Assembly: GCA_013239625.1 (NCBI GenBank)
Contig: MU053994.1
Location: 1,863,775 to 1,927,588 of the forward strand
Source of the DNA: Lama guanicoe
Lineage: Eukaryota
Direction: 5' to 3'
Length of the DNA stretch: 63,814 nt
Shown: positions 36,530-48,609 of the stretch, piece after piece
How positions within the stretch are numbered: the stretch's first letter is position 1
Layout: every line of letters begins with the position of its first letter
The notes under the pieces: generated by a model
What the model was told of the DNA's origin: nothing
The model's database searches: none
Seen by the model: only the letters and a program-made list of their open reading frames with translations
Program-made: the position numbers and the translations under genes

Positions 36530-36735
36530 CTAACACTAGTATGTATCGAATGCTTACCCTGCGCCCAACCTCCATCCAACACTGTATGGGTGACCTCACC
36601 TCGCAACAGCCGAGAAAGGCGGGGACAATTATTATCCTATTTCATGGACAAGAAATCTGAAGTTCAGAGAGCTTGAATAACAGCTGAGAAGGGAGCCCAG
36701 CTCTGTTGTCACCAAGGCTGAGTGCTAACCATCCC
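36530..36735 (-). mobile_element. MIR SINE
   Basis: 'attattatcctatttcatggacaagaaatctgaagttcagagag'. Confidence 0.6.
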
Positions 36736-36803
36736 ATCAAACGGAGACTACACTGGAAGGCGTACTGTGTGCTATATGGAGAGCCGTCCCTAAGAAGGGG
36801 TCC

Positions 36804-36920
36804 AGGGACTGGGTTTAGCTCAGCGGTAGAGCCCATGCTTAGCATGCACAAGGTCCTGGGTTCAATCCCCAGTACCTCCATTTATAAATAAATAAATAAA
36901 TTAAGCTAAATTAAATAAAA
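36804..36920 (+). mobile_element. camelid tRNA-Ala-derived SINE (vic-1 type)
   Basis: tRNA-Ala-like body plus (TAAA)n tail; TSD aagaaggggtcc (36792-36803) / aagaagggatcc (36921-36932). Confidence 0.92.
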
Positions 36921-36934
36921 AAGAAGGGATCCGA

Positions 36935-37365
36935 ACGTCTTACACCGTGGTTCGCTTTGGAAGCCACAGACTGGCGAAGCTAATGAACTCCTCAGAATAA
37001 TGATTTAAATGCATACAATAAAACACCGTGGATTGCAAAGCAAGCCAATTATATTGAAATAGGCATCCAAATATTTTGTGACCTAGCCATGTATGTGCTT
37101 ACTCAATACATTAAGTAGTGAGGCAAAGTAACTGCTAGAATTTCAAAATAACGATGAGGGTAAAGGATATTTGGAGCTATCTGCAATTAACTGTAATGTG
37201 ATATGAAAATATCTGTGATTTTTGTTGGTGACAAAGTTACAGCAACTGCCAACATCACTGTGGTTTCTCTCCTCCGACCATTAAAGGCAATGCTAGATTT
37301 CAGCTAGAAGTTAGTGCAAATAAAGATGTAATTTTTTTCCCATCCAAGTTCGCGGACCTCCTGGC
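36935..37365 (-). mobile_element. hAT-Charlie fossil, same family as 8695-9161, opposite orientation
   Basis: 'ctcagaataatgatttaaatgcata', 'tgtaatgtgatatgaaaatatctgtgattt..ttggtgacaaagt', 'taaagatgtaatttttttcccatccaagttc'. Confidence 0.8.
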
Positions 37366-38905
37366 GTCTATCAGTTTAATAATCCTGCCTTCCAGGAAGC
37401 AGCCGGAGGCCCTGGAAGGAGCAGGGGCAGCTGGGCTGGCCTTCCAGAACTCGCTTCCTCCCTCTGACTGGTCCCCTCCTCTGTGGCAGAAAGGAGGTCG
37501 CACTTTAGGCACTCTTCGCAGCCCCTGGCTGTGTGCTCGTCCCCAGAAGGTCCACAGCTGCCTCTGGGGCTGTCTTCAACCCCTCAACACATGTTTCATG
37601 TGGGCTCACCCCGTGCTAGAAGGCTGGAACCCCCTGAGGGGCGCCCCTCTGCTTCCCAAATGCAATCGGGCCGCCCCTCCTGAACCTGGGAGCCAGCGAA
37701 AAGCCCCAAATGCACTTCCTTCCTTCCTGGCCAGCTCCCCTCCAGGAGTCTGGTGCTGCTCCAGAAACCCTCACTGCCACCAGCCTCGTGGCCTTGTGGC
37801 CTTGCAGGCCTTGCATTCGAATGATCTTTGGGCGGCTCTCGCCTCCCCCAGCCCACTTGGGAGGACCAGGAACGTCCTCCTCATCTCAACGCCCTTCCTT
37901 CCCTAGCGGCAGCATTTTGCGGTTGGAAATTCTTTGTCACATTGATCCTGCGTCCAACGGAAGCGGGGTTAAGTGAGAGGAGAGAGTATATAACCCGACA
38001 GCAAGTCAAAGCAGTAAACACCCGGGGAAGATAAATAATAATGCAAGGGTCAGATCAGGCCCAGGAAGGGGTGATTAATTACCAAACACCCACTTCCAAA
38101 AGCTAGCACGTGGCCCGAGGGAGCGCTCAGTGGGATCAGACCCTGCGTCCAGAAGCCTTTTGCAAATGGAAGGGCCAGAGGTGGGCCTTGAAAGCTGGCA
38201 AGATGTGAACTGGCCAAGGGAGGGGCAAGACCCAATGGCAAAGGTCAGTGGGTCAGGACCCAGGGCACAATGGTACCTCCCTCCATCGGCTGCCGCGCTG
38301 GTTCCCCTCTGGGCCTCAGACCTGGCTGCACAGCAAGGTCACCTGTTTTGTGTTTGTGTTTGTGTTGAAGCCAGAGCTGCCTGGGTCCCATCCTCAGAGC
38401 TGCGGATTTAATTTGGGTGAGGTCAGGTCCAGGCACGGGGATTTTTTTTAAGCCCCGCCGATGAGTGGAAAGCAGGGCCGGGCCCGCGGACCCGTGCCAG
38501 CGGTGAGGCCCCCGCCGCAGCAGGCCGGGAGTACAACCCTCTAACACGGCGGGCATGGGAGGGGCACTTCCAGGGCGAGACGGCCCTCCAGAAGAAGAAA
38601 CATGCAGGGAGGCCAGGGGGCCGGCTAGAGAGATGAGAAGCGAATTCAAGTGAATTCACTCTGAAGTAAGACTGCCCTTCCTGCTTTCACGGGTATCGGC
38701 CAGTGTAGACACACGGTGTCGTGTCTTTTTCCCTTTCACTCAACTGAAATGGAGCTAAAACATCTGCGAGGGCCTGGGTCTGGGGGTTGCGGTGGATATA
38801 AAAGGGTCTGCGTGTGTCTGGCCTTACCTGCCAGTGTACATAAAGAAAGTAGCTGTAGCTGCAACAGCAAAATGCCACAGTCATTCCTCCACCCAGCCCT
38901 CGGCT

Positions 38906-39362
38906 GAGTGCTGGCCAGCATTCCCCGGGGGCCTCCCGAAACCCCCAGGGGGCCTCCCCAGTGCCCAGCACTGAGCTGTCTCGTTGAGCTGTCTGCTCTG
39001 CTTGGGGGCCCTCCAGCCATGGTGGGAAGAGGGGTGGCCTTCCTGCCACCACTGCATACAGGACACCTGGGGCCCTCAGGGCGGCCAGGCAAGGCCTCTG
39101 TCACAAACATTGGGCCTGGGGGCAGCGGGGTGGGAGTGCTGGCCAGCATTCCCCGGGGGCCTCCCGAAACCCCCAGGGGGCCTCCCCAGTGCCCAGCACT
39201 GAGCTGTCTCGTTGAGCTGTCTGCTCTGCTTGGGGGCCCTCCAGCCATGGTGGGAAGAGGGGTGGCCTTCCTGCCACCACTGCATACAGGACACCTGGGG
39301 CCCTCAGGGCGGCCAGGCAAGGCCTCTGTCAAAGACATGGGGCCTGGGGGCAGCGGGGTGGG
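38906..39362. repeat. 228-bp direct tandem duplication (2 copies)
   Basis: 38906-39133 matches 39134-39361 except three substitutions (39104/39332, 39106/39334, 39111/39339). Confidence 0.97.
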
Positions 39363-39459
39363 GGCTGAGGGAGTTGGAGGCCTGGGTGTGAGTTCTTTCT
39401 CCCACTCTGGCCCCACTTTATTACCAAGGTGTAATGCCAGTCTTTGCCCCAAGTCCCAC

Positions 39460-40380
39460 ACATTAATATATCCAACAAATATTGAGCACCTACTGTGTGC
39501 CAGCCACTGAATTAGATGCTGGAAATACAGCAAGAAACAACACAACAGCTTTTTTTTTAATTAAAAAAAATATCTGTCATCATGGAGGCCACCATTCTGG
39601 TGAGAGTAAGGCCAGAAACAAGATAACCGAGTAAATGATACAGGGGTTCAAAAAGTAATAAATGGCAAGAGATACAAGAAACAGGGAGGGGGGACAGGGT
39701 GTACATTGTCAGGGTGGGAGGCGGAGGGAGACGGCCAATAAAATCCTCACTGAGAAGCTGACATCTGCACAAAGACCTCAAGGGAGGAAGAGATCAGTCA
39801 GCACTGTGGGGAAGAATTTTCCAGGCACAGGGAAGAGGAGGTGCAAAGGCCCTGAGGCAGGAGCTGGCCAGAGCAGGCCTGCTGAGTTCTGGGCAGTGTG
39901 CCCAGAGCAGAGATATCAAAGAAGAGAGACTATATGAGGTCAGACAGGTGGCAGCCTGAGTCATGTAGGCCTTATAGGACACCACCAAGGGACAATAGAG
40001 TGGCCATAAGGGCTGCTCTCACTCTGAGTGAGCCGCGAAACTTTGGACGGCTCTGAGCAGAGGACTGACATAACCTGACAGGGGCCTGCTGTTTCTTCAC
40101 TGAAACTCAACTGCAGGGGGCAAGGGTGAAGCCAAGAGGCCAGCGAAGAGTCACAGCAGAGAGAGGATCAGGGCTCGGCACAGGCTGGTGGCAGCCACCC
40201 ATGAAAACAGTCTGGGAGTGTTTCGGAAGTGAGGCCAACAGGGTGTATGAACCAAGCAGATGTGGAGTGGAAAGAGAGAGAAGCAAAGGGGACTGCTAGG
40301 GTTTGGGCCTTTAATGCAGGAAAGGGGACCTGTTTCCTGAGATGGGGGGAGACTGCAGACAGAAGTAGAGGTGCTGGGGA
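39460..40380 (-). mobile_element. L2 (L2a-like) 3' region, ~0.9 kb
   Basis: 'caacaaatattgagcacctactgtgtgccag', 'ttccaggcacagggaagaggaggtgcaaaggccctgaggcagga', 'tgagcagaggactgacataacctgac'. Confidence 0.88.
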
Positions 40381-43214
40381 GGGGGGCACCAAGCCACGCT
40401 GGAGGAGCCTTTCCGGCCTCCCTCTTCGCGGCGCCCAGGGAGTTGAGCTGGTGGATGACTGGGCTTCCACGCCCTGTTACTGAGCTTTGGACCCTAAAAC
40501 CACGCCCCCCATCCTGGGCGGGGACTTCGGCAGCTCACACCTCTCCATCCACCCGAGTTTTTGCTGCTTCCCCCGCCTCCAAAGAAAACAAAGCCCCCAG
40601 ACACACCAGCTCCTACAAATACTGAAGATTTGACTCCTGAGTTCAGCGGACACCAGGAAAGCCTGCTCACCGTGAAGCCACTTCAAATGGAGATCAACGT
40701 TCCCATGTACATATGGGGAAAAAGTTTTAACTGGGGCTTGATCTCAAACATGACACTTGAATCATAAAAATAAGTTATTTTACCTCTGATTTAACCAAAC
40801 AGAGATTCTAAGTGCAACTGTGCACTAATTTTTAGCAGTAACCAAGTGCCAACAAGTTTGCTTGGGTGTTCAAAGCTTCTCTCGTGCCCCCCCCCCCGCC
40901 TCACCCACACATCTAGCGGCCCGATGGCCTCCAATTCAGCCCTGACTTTCAGACGCCGTCCTAAAGATGGTCATTTGGCAAAAAGGTCCAAGGCCTCCAT
41001 GAGTTCTCCCAAGTCTCTCTTCCGAGTCTTTGTTCTTCGAAGGGTCCTCTTTTGGAAACTCCCATCGTGCTCCCTGCTTCTGAATGATCTCTCCGCTTGA
41101 GAATCCAGCCGGCTCCGCCAGGACCCCAACTAGTGGCTTCTTGTGTGATAGGAGCAATTCTCTGGCATCATTTTCATTGACTTCAGGAAATCCAGACGCT
41201 CTTGACTTCACTTTGCAATTGCCCTGCGCTGTATTCAGTGACGCAGGAGAGACCCAGCTGATAAGCAGGGAGGGATGGATGCGTGCGTAGGGACAGATTT
41301 CCTGCGGTCAGTTCATGACTGAATATTTCTCTAATATTTGTAACAACTTCTGCTTTCCTGCCCAGTCACACAGCTGCAGCGACCCAGAGAGCTCCCGTTG
41401 GAAGAGTGAGGAGCCCCCGTACGCGACCAAGGGCGCTCTAAAATGCCTGCATCTGTATCCCATTTCTCACTGCGCTAGGCCACCTCAAAGACTTACCATC
41501 TAAGACGTAGAAAAATGCACGGAAGTTTCCCATCCGGCAGCTACTATTCTGCAACCCCGAGTCTTTCAAAACCACAGGCTGCATTTTCGCCTTTGTTTTG
41601 CTGTGTTTTTCTTCGCAACTCCAGAGGCAGGGTATTACCCGTGCAGAGCTCTGCCCCCACAAAGCCACGTTTATGTAATCATTCCAAAACTCACAACTCC
41701 TGAAAACTTTGAGGAATGTTATTAGGCCCTGTAGGCCAGAAGGGCCGTTTCCAGGGTAACAGCAGCTCCGCACTTAGGAAGCAAGGCCTTTCCTGTCCTG
41801 CACGCCTCTTGGAGTCCAGGCCACTTCGCAGAAACACATGCCTGGAGCCCAAGGGACATTTCCTGTGGTCCTTGCCCAAGGGGCCAGAACCCACGGGGAG
41901 GACCCACCACCGGTCCCTGTGCACCCGAGGACCACACCCCCGCTTCTCATATCTCTTCCTGTTGATTTGCCAGAAATCCACCCAGTCTTCTCCGTCAGCA
42001 CGTCCCAATTTGTGGTCTGGAAAAGTCGGCGGAGATTTGAAAGGGACTCCTGCGCAGAGTTTGTTTTTCCACCATGTAGCTCGAGGCCAGCCGCCTGGCT
42101 TTTGTTTGGAGCAAGGTGGAAATGAAAACTGTCTCTAAGGCAAAGAATGCTCCTTCCAGGTGCTTGAGCGACTCCAGGCCCAGGGAGCTTGACTGCGCCC
42201 TTTTGACCTTGGCGCGGAGATAAAAGCTCGGTGTCCTTCTTGCCTGAACAAGACACATTTCCCCCATCTGATAAGGAACCTTGGAAATGAAGAGCGAGGC
42301 CCGCAGGCGAGCATTTGGAATCACTGTCCATGTAAGTCTTCCTCCCCTATGCTTGCTGGCTTTCTGTACTGCTTAATGCAGCCCAGCTCTGGAAGGACCA
42401 TGAAGGGGGGCCACGTTCAGCCGTGTGATAGACCCCCCCCCCACCGTGGGACGCCTGACTTCTCAGTGAAGTCCAAGAATAGGGCGATAAAGCCCATGGG
42501 GCCAAGGCAGGTCATGGCCACCGGCTGTTCCACCCTCTCCCCCTTCCTGTCTCTCTGCACCCCACCTCCCCTGCCCCCATCGACACCAAACTCGGCCTTG
42601 GCCTTGCCTTGGCTTATAAGTTTCTTACTCAGGAAAAGTCTGAGTGACAGCTGGAAAAACAGATGTTTCTGCCCATGACACTGAACTTCCCTGATTCATA
42701 TGGAGTCAGACCTTCTGACTCCTCGCGCGTGGAGAAGAAATGACTAACAGGAAACCCTTGGGACTGTGGGCCTTCACCCTTGGGAATGGGAGAGCCCAGC
42801 GGAGAGAGAAAATGAGCACAGGTGACAAATAAGAGGCAAAGGCAACGCTGAATGGCGCTATTTAAATTCAATAGCGATTCAGAGAAGGCAGCTTTCGGGG
42901 TAAGCCAACCTGAGAAGGGAGGGCCAGGCGCAGCTGGGAGTGCCCGTGGCCTATGTGAGCAGAGAGCACAATCCACCAAAAAAAACAGGCTTTGCTTACT
43001 TCATTTAGAGGATTTTCTAACACGGACTGGAGCCACTCAACATTTACCAGGCACTGACTCCAGGGGACCAGCGGCAGGGGTTCCGAGGCTGGTTCAGCAG
43101 GACCAGAACACACCAAACAAGGACAAAGGACCAGAACAAAGTGACATGTCATCTGAATGTGGGTCCCCTAGTCGCTGCCACTGAGACAAGGACCTGAGTG
43201 CACATGGTTAACCT

Positions 43215-43500
43215 GGTAATAGGCAGGGAACTGAAGGCAGCCAGGAAGCAGGTTACCCTGCGGGCAACTGAGACAGTCCCACTGAGGATCTCTGCACAGG
43301 GCAATCCCTCCGGAATGTTTCACCACAGGGTGAGGGAGCTGGGGTGTTTATCCACCAGCTGGCAGCAGTCATTGGTTGAGGGCTGCTCCCAGGGAGCATT
43401 AATCCCCTGGCCCTTCCTGCCTCCTGGGTGGTTAGAGACAGCCTCCAGGTGTGGGGACTCCAGGTGCTGGCAGCTGAGTGCACAGATGTGGTGAGCACAA
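43215..43500 (-). mobile_element. LTR33-like ERVL LTR fragment
   Basis: 'aagcaggttaccctgcgggcaactg', 'gagggagctggggtgtttatccaccagct..cagtcattggttgagggctgctc'. Confidence 0.75.
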
Positions 43501-44184
43501 GGGGCTGCATGTGCCGTTGAAAGTGGAAAAGAGGATGTGGATTTGTGGCCTCAATAAAGACATCAGGACAGAGATGGGTTCCCAAAATAGTCCTCAAAAG
43601 ATCCTCCGGGATTCCATATTTCAGGAGAAGCGGGTGGGGACGAGGTGCACCATTTCGCATAGATGGAGCAGCAAGAACAAAGACAGTCAAGCCAGGGTCA
43701 TATCCGGGGAGGCCGAAGGGTGCAACTTAGCTGATGCGCAGTGGCTGGGAAGGGCGGAGAGGGGAACCTGGGTCACCCCATGGAGAATGCAAGGCCTTTA
43801 TGCCAGACAACAGCTTTATTCCTCATTCCATAAGCAATGGGGGAGCCACTGAAGGTGCTGGGGCAGGGACGGCATTGAATTATGTTTGGGGAACGTTAAC
43901 CTGGCCAAAAAGCAAAGAGGTGGGGTGACGAGGTAAAAAGTCCCCAAATGAACCATTTGTTTGCCACAGCGGTGATTATTTCGCCGGGAAGAGGGATGAA
44001 GAGGGCTCCCTGTGGCTCTGGCCCCAAGAGAAAGGCCCTGAAAAGAATTGCGTGGGAGTCGCTAAAAGGGGGACCAGCCCCTCAGCTGCCCGGCCTGATT
44101 GTTCCTTCTGGCAGAGATGTGGGCCCACTCATTTCTCTCCTATTTTCTTTCCTCCAAAAAACGCTTTTGGCCTCTGGTTTGCGA

Positions 44185-44396
44185 NNNNNNNNNNNNNNNN
44201 NNNNNNNNNNNNNNNNNNNNNNNNNNNNNNNNNNNNNNNNNNNNNNNNNNNNNNNNNNNNNNNNNNNNNNNNNNNNNNNNNNNNNNNNNNNNNNNNNNNN
44301 NNNNNNNNNNNNNNNNNNNNNNNNNNNNNNNNNNNNNNNNNNNNNNNNNNNNNNNNNNNNNNNNNNNNNNNNNNNNNNNNNNNNNNNNNNNNNNNN
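44185..44396. other. assembly gap (N)
   Basis: Run of N. Confidence 1.
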
Positions 44397-44914
44397 TTGG
44401 GAACAAACAGGAGCAGTTCCTGGCCCAGGTCCTGGCTCCGTGGGGAGCCCCGCCCACACCCCAAAGCCACAGCTTCTTTCACGCCTTTTGGGGAGACCGG
44501 GAGAACCGGCTGCAGAGCAGGAAGGGTAAGCCTCCGGGAATTACAGAAACCTGCACATGTGTCACGAGACCTGGTGGGCAAAGGGCCGGGGCTCTGAAAG
44601 GCAGCGGCTCGGGGCCACCAGCTGTCCTTTGTAACCTGCATGAGTCAGTTTCCCCCCAGACCTCAGTTTCCAGCTCTGGAAAACAGAGGCGATCAAGGCG
44701 AGCCTGCTTCCACTGTCAGGCTGCTCCCCACGGAGGACGGCTTGAGGAGAGAGCAGAATCTCCAAAGGACTTATGGAGGGGTCTGTCTGCGGATTCTGTC
44801 CCCACCACCACTACCAACAACCCCGGCTCCCCCAACCCACACACTAAATGGATACTCACTGATCAAGGGGTACAAAGCAGAGCAAGCGAATCCCCAGTGG
44901 CAGGACTGAAAATG

Positions 44915-45105
44915 AAGGTAACTAGTGAGTTTTTACCACATGCCAGGCTTTGTGCTAAGCATTTATAGCATCATCTCATTACCTCCATGTTCCAGGAAAC
45001 AGACTGAAGGGTGAAGGTGTTTGTCCCCTAGTTCCACTGCTACCAGGTTGGAGTGCGAGGGATCTGGAGCCACACCTACCTGCTTTCAAAGCCTCGCTCT
45101 TCCTC
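44915..45105 (-). mobile_element. MIR SINE
   Basis: 'ttaccacatgccaggctttgtgctaagcattta..catcatctcatt'. Confidence 0.6.
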
Positions 45106-45392
45106 ATTTTTCTGGCTCAAATCAGGCACAGCAGCAACCTAAGAAAGTAAGAGGCCGGGAGATACCCAGCTCACTGCACATACAAATTATATTAAGAAGA
45201 GCTCAAACGGTTCTCCTAACATGCCCTCCCTCATCTGAACTTACTGTCCATCTCTGTCCCCAGCCCATCACACACCGGGCCCCCAGGCGCAGGAGGAAAT
45301 CCAGACTCCTCAGTGTCACCCCAGGTAGCACCTGCTCTCCGCCCTCCGTGCCCATCCACACACTGTCTCTCTCCCTCCGAAGGACTGTCCGT

Positions 45393-45412
45393 CCCTCCCT
45401 CCCTCCCTCCCT
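45393..45412. repeat. (CCCT)5 microsatellite; G-quadruplex-competent (GGGA)n on minus strand
   Basis: ccctccctccctccctccct. Confidence 0.85.
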
Positions 45413-46329
45413 GCCTCCCAGGCTGGTGTTGGCTGGAGGGTGCTCTTCGGAACAACGCCCATGAGGGATTGAGGGCCACAGGGTGGGGCCGAGAAGTTCA
45501 ACTACCGTGCTGCCGCAAGGGAGGCCTCAACCAACCTCATGGAAAGTTCTGGAGCGGGGATGGCCCTTCAGAGACGTCTCGAACTGAGACAAAGTGGTGA
45601 GCCCTTGTACTCCCCCGCCAATGACCAGTCATCGAATACCAGTTGGCCTCCAAGGAACGGGGGGGCATTACGTTGGGCAAGGCAGCTCAGCACCCATCAG
45701 CTAAGAGCAATTCTGAGCAGGCAACAGTCTCTCACCATCCTCTGAAGGCTGGATTTGGGTGGCACACCACCGTGTCCACCACCCCATGGAACAAAACTCC
45801 TGCTCATCCTTCCATGAGGAGCTCCAGCCTGCCCCATCCTTCCCAGACTCTAGCCACTACCTGGGTGCCTGGGACTCGCCACCATTTCAGTACTGATCTC
45901 CCTGCTTCAGAAAAGTCGGCGAACTCCTTACTCTTCGTGTCTACCCAGTGAGAAGTAGAGATCACCTTTTCTTCCTGGGGACCACCTGAGCCCAGAGCAC
46001 TGTTCTTGGCACACAGAAGTCTCTCCCTAAGTGCTGAGTAGATGGATGTCACCCAGGAAGTACTGGCCGGTCCACGAGGATGTTCCGGCTTCCACGAGTT
46101 CCACTCTGTCGGTGCCCCTAAGTGTCGACGTGGCTTATGCCAATGACAGGCAGGCACAGAGAAAGCTGGCTTTCACGGCCAACCTGGCAACCTCTCTTGG
46201 GCTCAAGCCAAGAAAGTCCTGTCCTTGTTTCCTTCCGGATCCAGCGTTCTGCTGCAAGTCCATTTCCTAGCTGAGAGGACCAAGTGCATTTAGAGACCTC
46301 CGTGCCAGGGAAAGCCCAGCGCCACTGCC

Positions 46330-46509
46330 NNNNNNNNNNNNNNNNNNNNNNNNNNNNNNNNNNNNNNNNNNNNNNNNNNNNNNNNNNNNNNNNNNNNNNN
46401 NNNNNNNNNNNNNNNNNNNNNNNNNNNNNNNNNNNNNNNNNNNNNNNNNNNNNNNNNNNNNNNNNNNNNNNNNNNNNNNNNNNNNNNNNNNNNNNNNNNN
46501 NNNNNNNNN
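46330..46509. other. assembly gap (N)
   Basis: Run of N. Confidence 1.
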
Positions 46510-46784
46510 ACGAGGCTCTGACGTCTATCCGCCTGGCTTTTTATGCGCGGAGGGCGGTGGGGGTCAGAGATTACAGGGCCAACCACATTACAATAAAAAT
46601 CCCTGCAAAACGAGATTTCCAAATCCCAGTCGTTATCATGTAACCAACAAACCAACTTTTTCTGTAGCTCTGACTTTCACTGCTCATTCAACAGATATCA
46701 GCTGAAGGCTTACTCAGCCAGAGGGCTGCAGTGGCACCGAGACAGTCCCTACCCTCAAGGAAGTTACAGTCTAGAGGGGTATAA

Positions 46785-46921
46785 GGAGTGTGGCTAAATC
46801 ATTTATTGTTCAAGCCAAGGCATTTTTGAGACTATAAAGGGGGTGCGATTAATAGTTAAATCAAGGTAGTAGGCATCAGCCAGGACTTGTCCCAGGCAAA
46901 CCCAGGACGCCTGGTCACCCC
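46785..46921. mobile_element. MER94-like hAT-Blackjack element
   Basis: 'aagggggtgcgattaatagtta..aggcatcagccaggacttgtcccaggcaaacccaggacgcctggtcaccc'. Confidence 0.7.
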
Positions 46922-46987
46922 AGATGTAGATCCATCATGACCAAAGTGGGGGAGTTCAGACAGTGGGGGTGTGGTAGTGTTAGGTTG

Positions 46988-47003
46988 TGCCACAAGGTGG
47001 CGC
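46988..47003 (+). promoter_or_regulatory. CTCF-binding motif
   Basis: tgCCACAAGGTGGCGC closely matches the CTCF core CCASYAGRKGGCRS; lies in unique DNA between two transposon fossils. Confidence 0.55.
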
Positions 47004-47092
47004 AATTGAAATACTCGTAGCTTTTGTTTTTGTTTTCTATCTTGATGAAAATTAATTTTTCTTTCCATTGCCACAGAGCAAATAGAAGCCTT

Positions 47093-47574
47093 CCGTAGTG
47101 TGCTGGAGCTGGATAATACCGGTTTATGAGAACCGACCATTAAATTTTCAGGAGTTTTGTAAGCCAATGGTTCAACATAGCCCCCAATACAAATTAAATT
47201 AAAATCACTAAAATTAAATTACAATTAAAATAATTAAAATCTGAACATTGACTAAATCATATTAAAAACAAAGGTCATAAATACTCAAAACTCACGCCTT
47301 CCTGATGACTTTGCTGTCATTTCTTATTATCTGTGTTTCCAAGGTTAGCAAATCTGTCGTTATCTGTGTGGTGGAAATGTTTGCTACTTAATGGTGTGCT
47401 ATTGTACATCTCTCCCCAACTCCACGGTCAGAGCCAGTGCCTAAGTAGCTTGAGACTGGCCGGGGTTGGAATATTTACATCATGGAAATCAACAGATGCT
47501 ACAAATTAGGGACGGAGCCACCTCCCTTAACAACTGAGGCAGCCAGTTGTTAAACATTTTCCAGCACACTGCTG
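47093..47574 (+). mobile_element. MER63B-like hAT element
   Basis: Degenerate TIRs ccgtagtgtgctgg / ccagcacactgctg; 'taaattttcagga', 'attaaaaacaaaggtcataaatactcaaaactca', 'gccagttgttaaacattt'. Confidence 0.85.
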
Positions 47575-47969
47575 GAGCCAGGATTTAAATTTCATAATTT
47601 ATGTGGCCAGTTTTCATGTACTTTGGGCAGTTTGATCGCATTCCCCCCAAATGACAATGTCCTTCCTCGCCTCAAAAAAAAAAAAAACAGAGCTGGGAGA
47701 AGAAAGATCATGTTCCTCCCATAACCTCATCTGGACACACAAGAATGGGGAGCTCGCACAGGTAAGGCAGTTCAGTGCTAACTGGCACAACATGGGTGAG
47801 TCAAGGGGTCCGTCCACAGCCAGGCTGTGAAAAGCTTACCCAGAGGAATTGATACCCTGGTATTTGCATATTCAAATTGACCAATGGGAAACTCAAGCAA
47901 TCTTGTCTGTGATTGGTGAGATGACTTTGGGACCGCCTACAGCCCCACTCTTGCTGTCTGCCCGAGTCG

Positions 47970-48395
47970 AGGCCCCAGCAGGAATGGATGGCACGCTCAA
48001 CCAGAGGGTTAATTGGAAAGAGTTTAGCAAAAGAGCTATTTACAGAGGTGTGGGCAGATTACAGAAACCACAAGGCATGAGGAGATGCCCTGGGACTAGC
48101 AGCAGTGGGAAACTGCTCTCAAGCCCTGGGCTGAAGGGGAAAGGGGTGGGGGCTGTTAGCAGAACAGGCGAGAGCTGTAGGTGAAGCCTGCTGTGGACAC
48201 AACAATGCAGCCCCCACTAAACTGCAGCCCAGTCAGGGTAATAAATCCCCCAATTCTTGACTCCTCCTGCCAGCCAGGTTGCCCGTCAGTGAATCTCATT
48301 GGCCAAAACTAAGCAGGAATCAGTGCCAAGGCTGCCCAACTGATCTGGTCCATGAGGATCAGCCCCCTGGGACCCACAGACAGCAGATCTATTCC
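47970..48395. mobile_element. ERV LTR-like element (family uncertain)
   Basis: 'cccagcaggaa..gatggcac..ctatttacagaggtgtgggcag..ccacaagg..ccctgggactagcagcagtggg..ctcattggccaaa'. Confidence 0.6.
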
Positions 48396-48609
48396 GCCTG
48401 ACCCCATCCTGAGGGGAAAGCGGGGTTTCTGGAGCATTGCCTAAAAAACAGGATTTAGGAGAGAAATCCACGGACCATTTCCCAGTCTCTTCCTTCTCAC
48501 CCAGCTCAGGGAGAGGGTTAATAGATAATAGATAGATATTGAGGGGCGGGGGTAGGCAGAGGCCTTTTGTGGCCGAACACTCTGGAAAAGATTGGCGCTC
48601 CCCCACCCC

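Noticed and set aside
38736-39545. 269-aa and 200-aa repeat-containing ORFs
   Set aside because: Length results from the in-frame 228-bp duplication; the minus ORF begins in L2; no homology recognised.
40936-41211. Possible coding exon or pseudogene on the minus strand
   Set aside because: Charged, protein-like look, but no family recognised in any frame and no supported splice structure.
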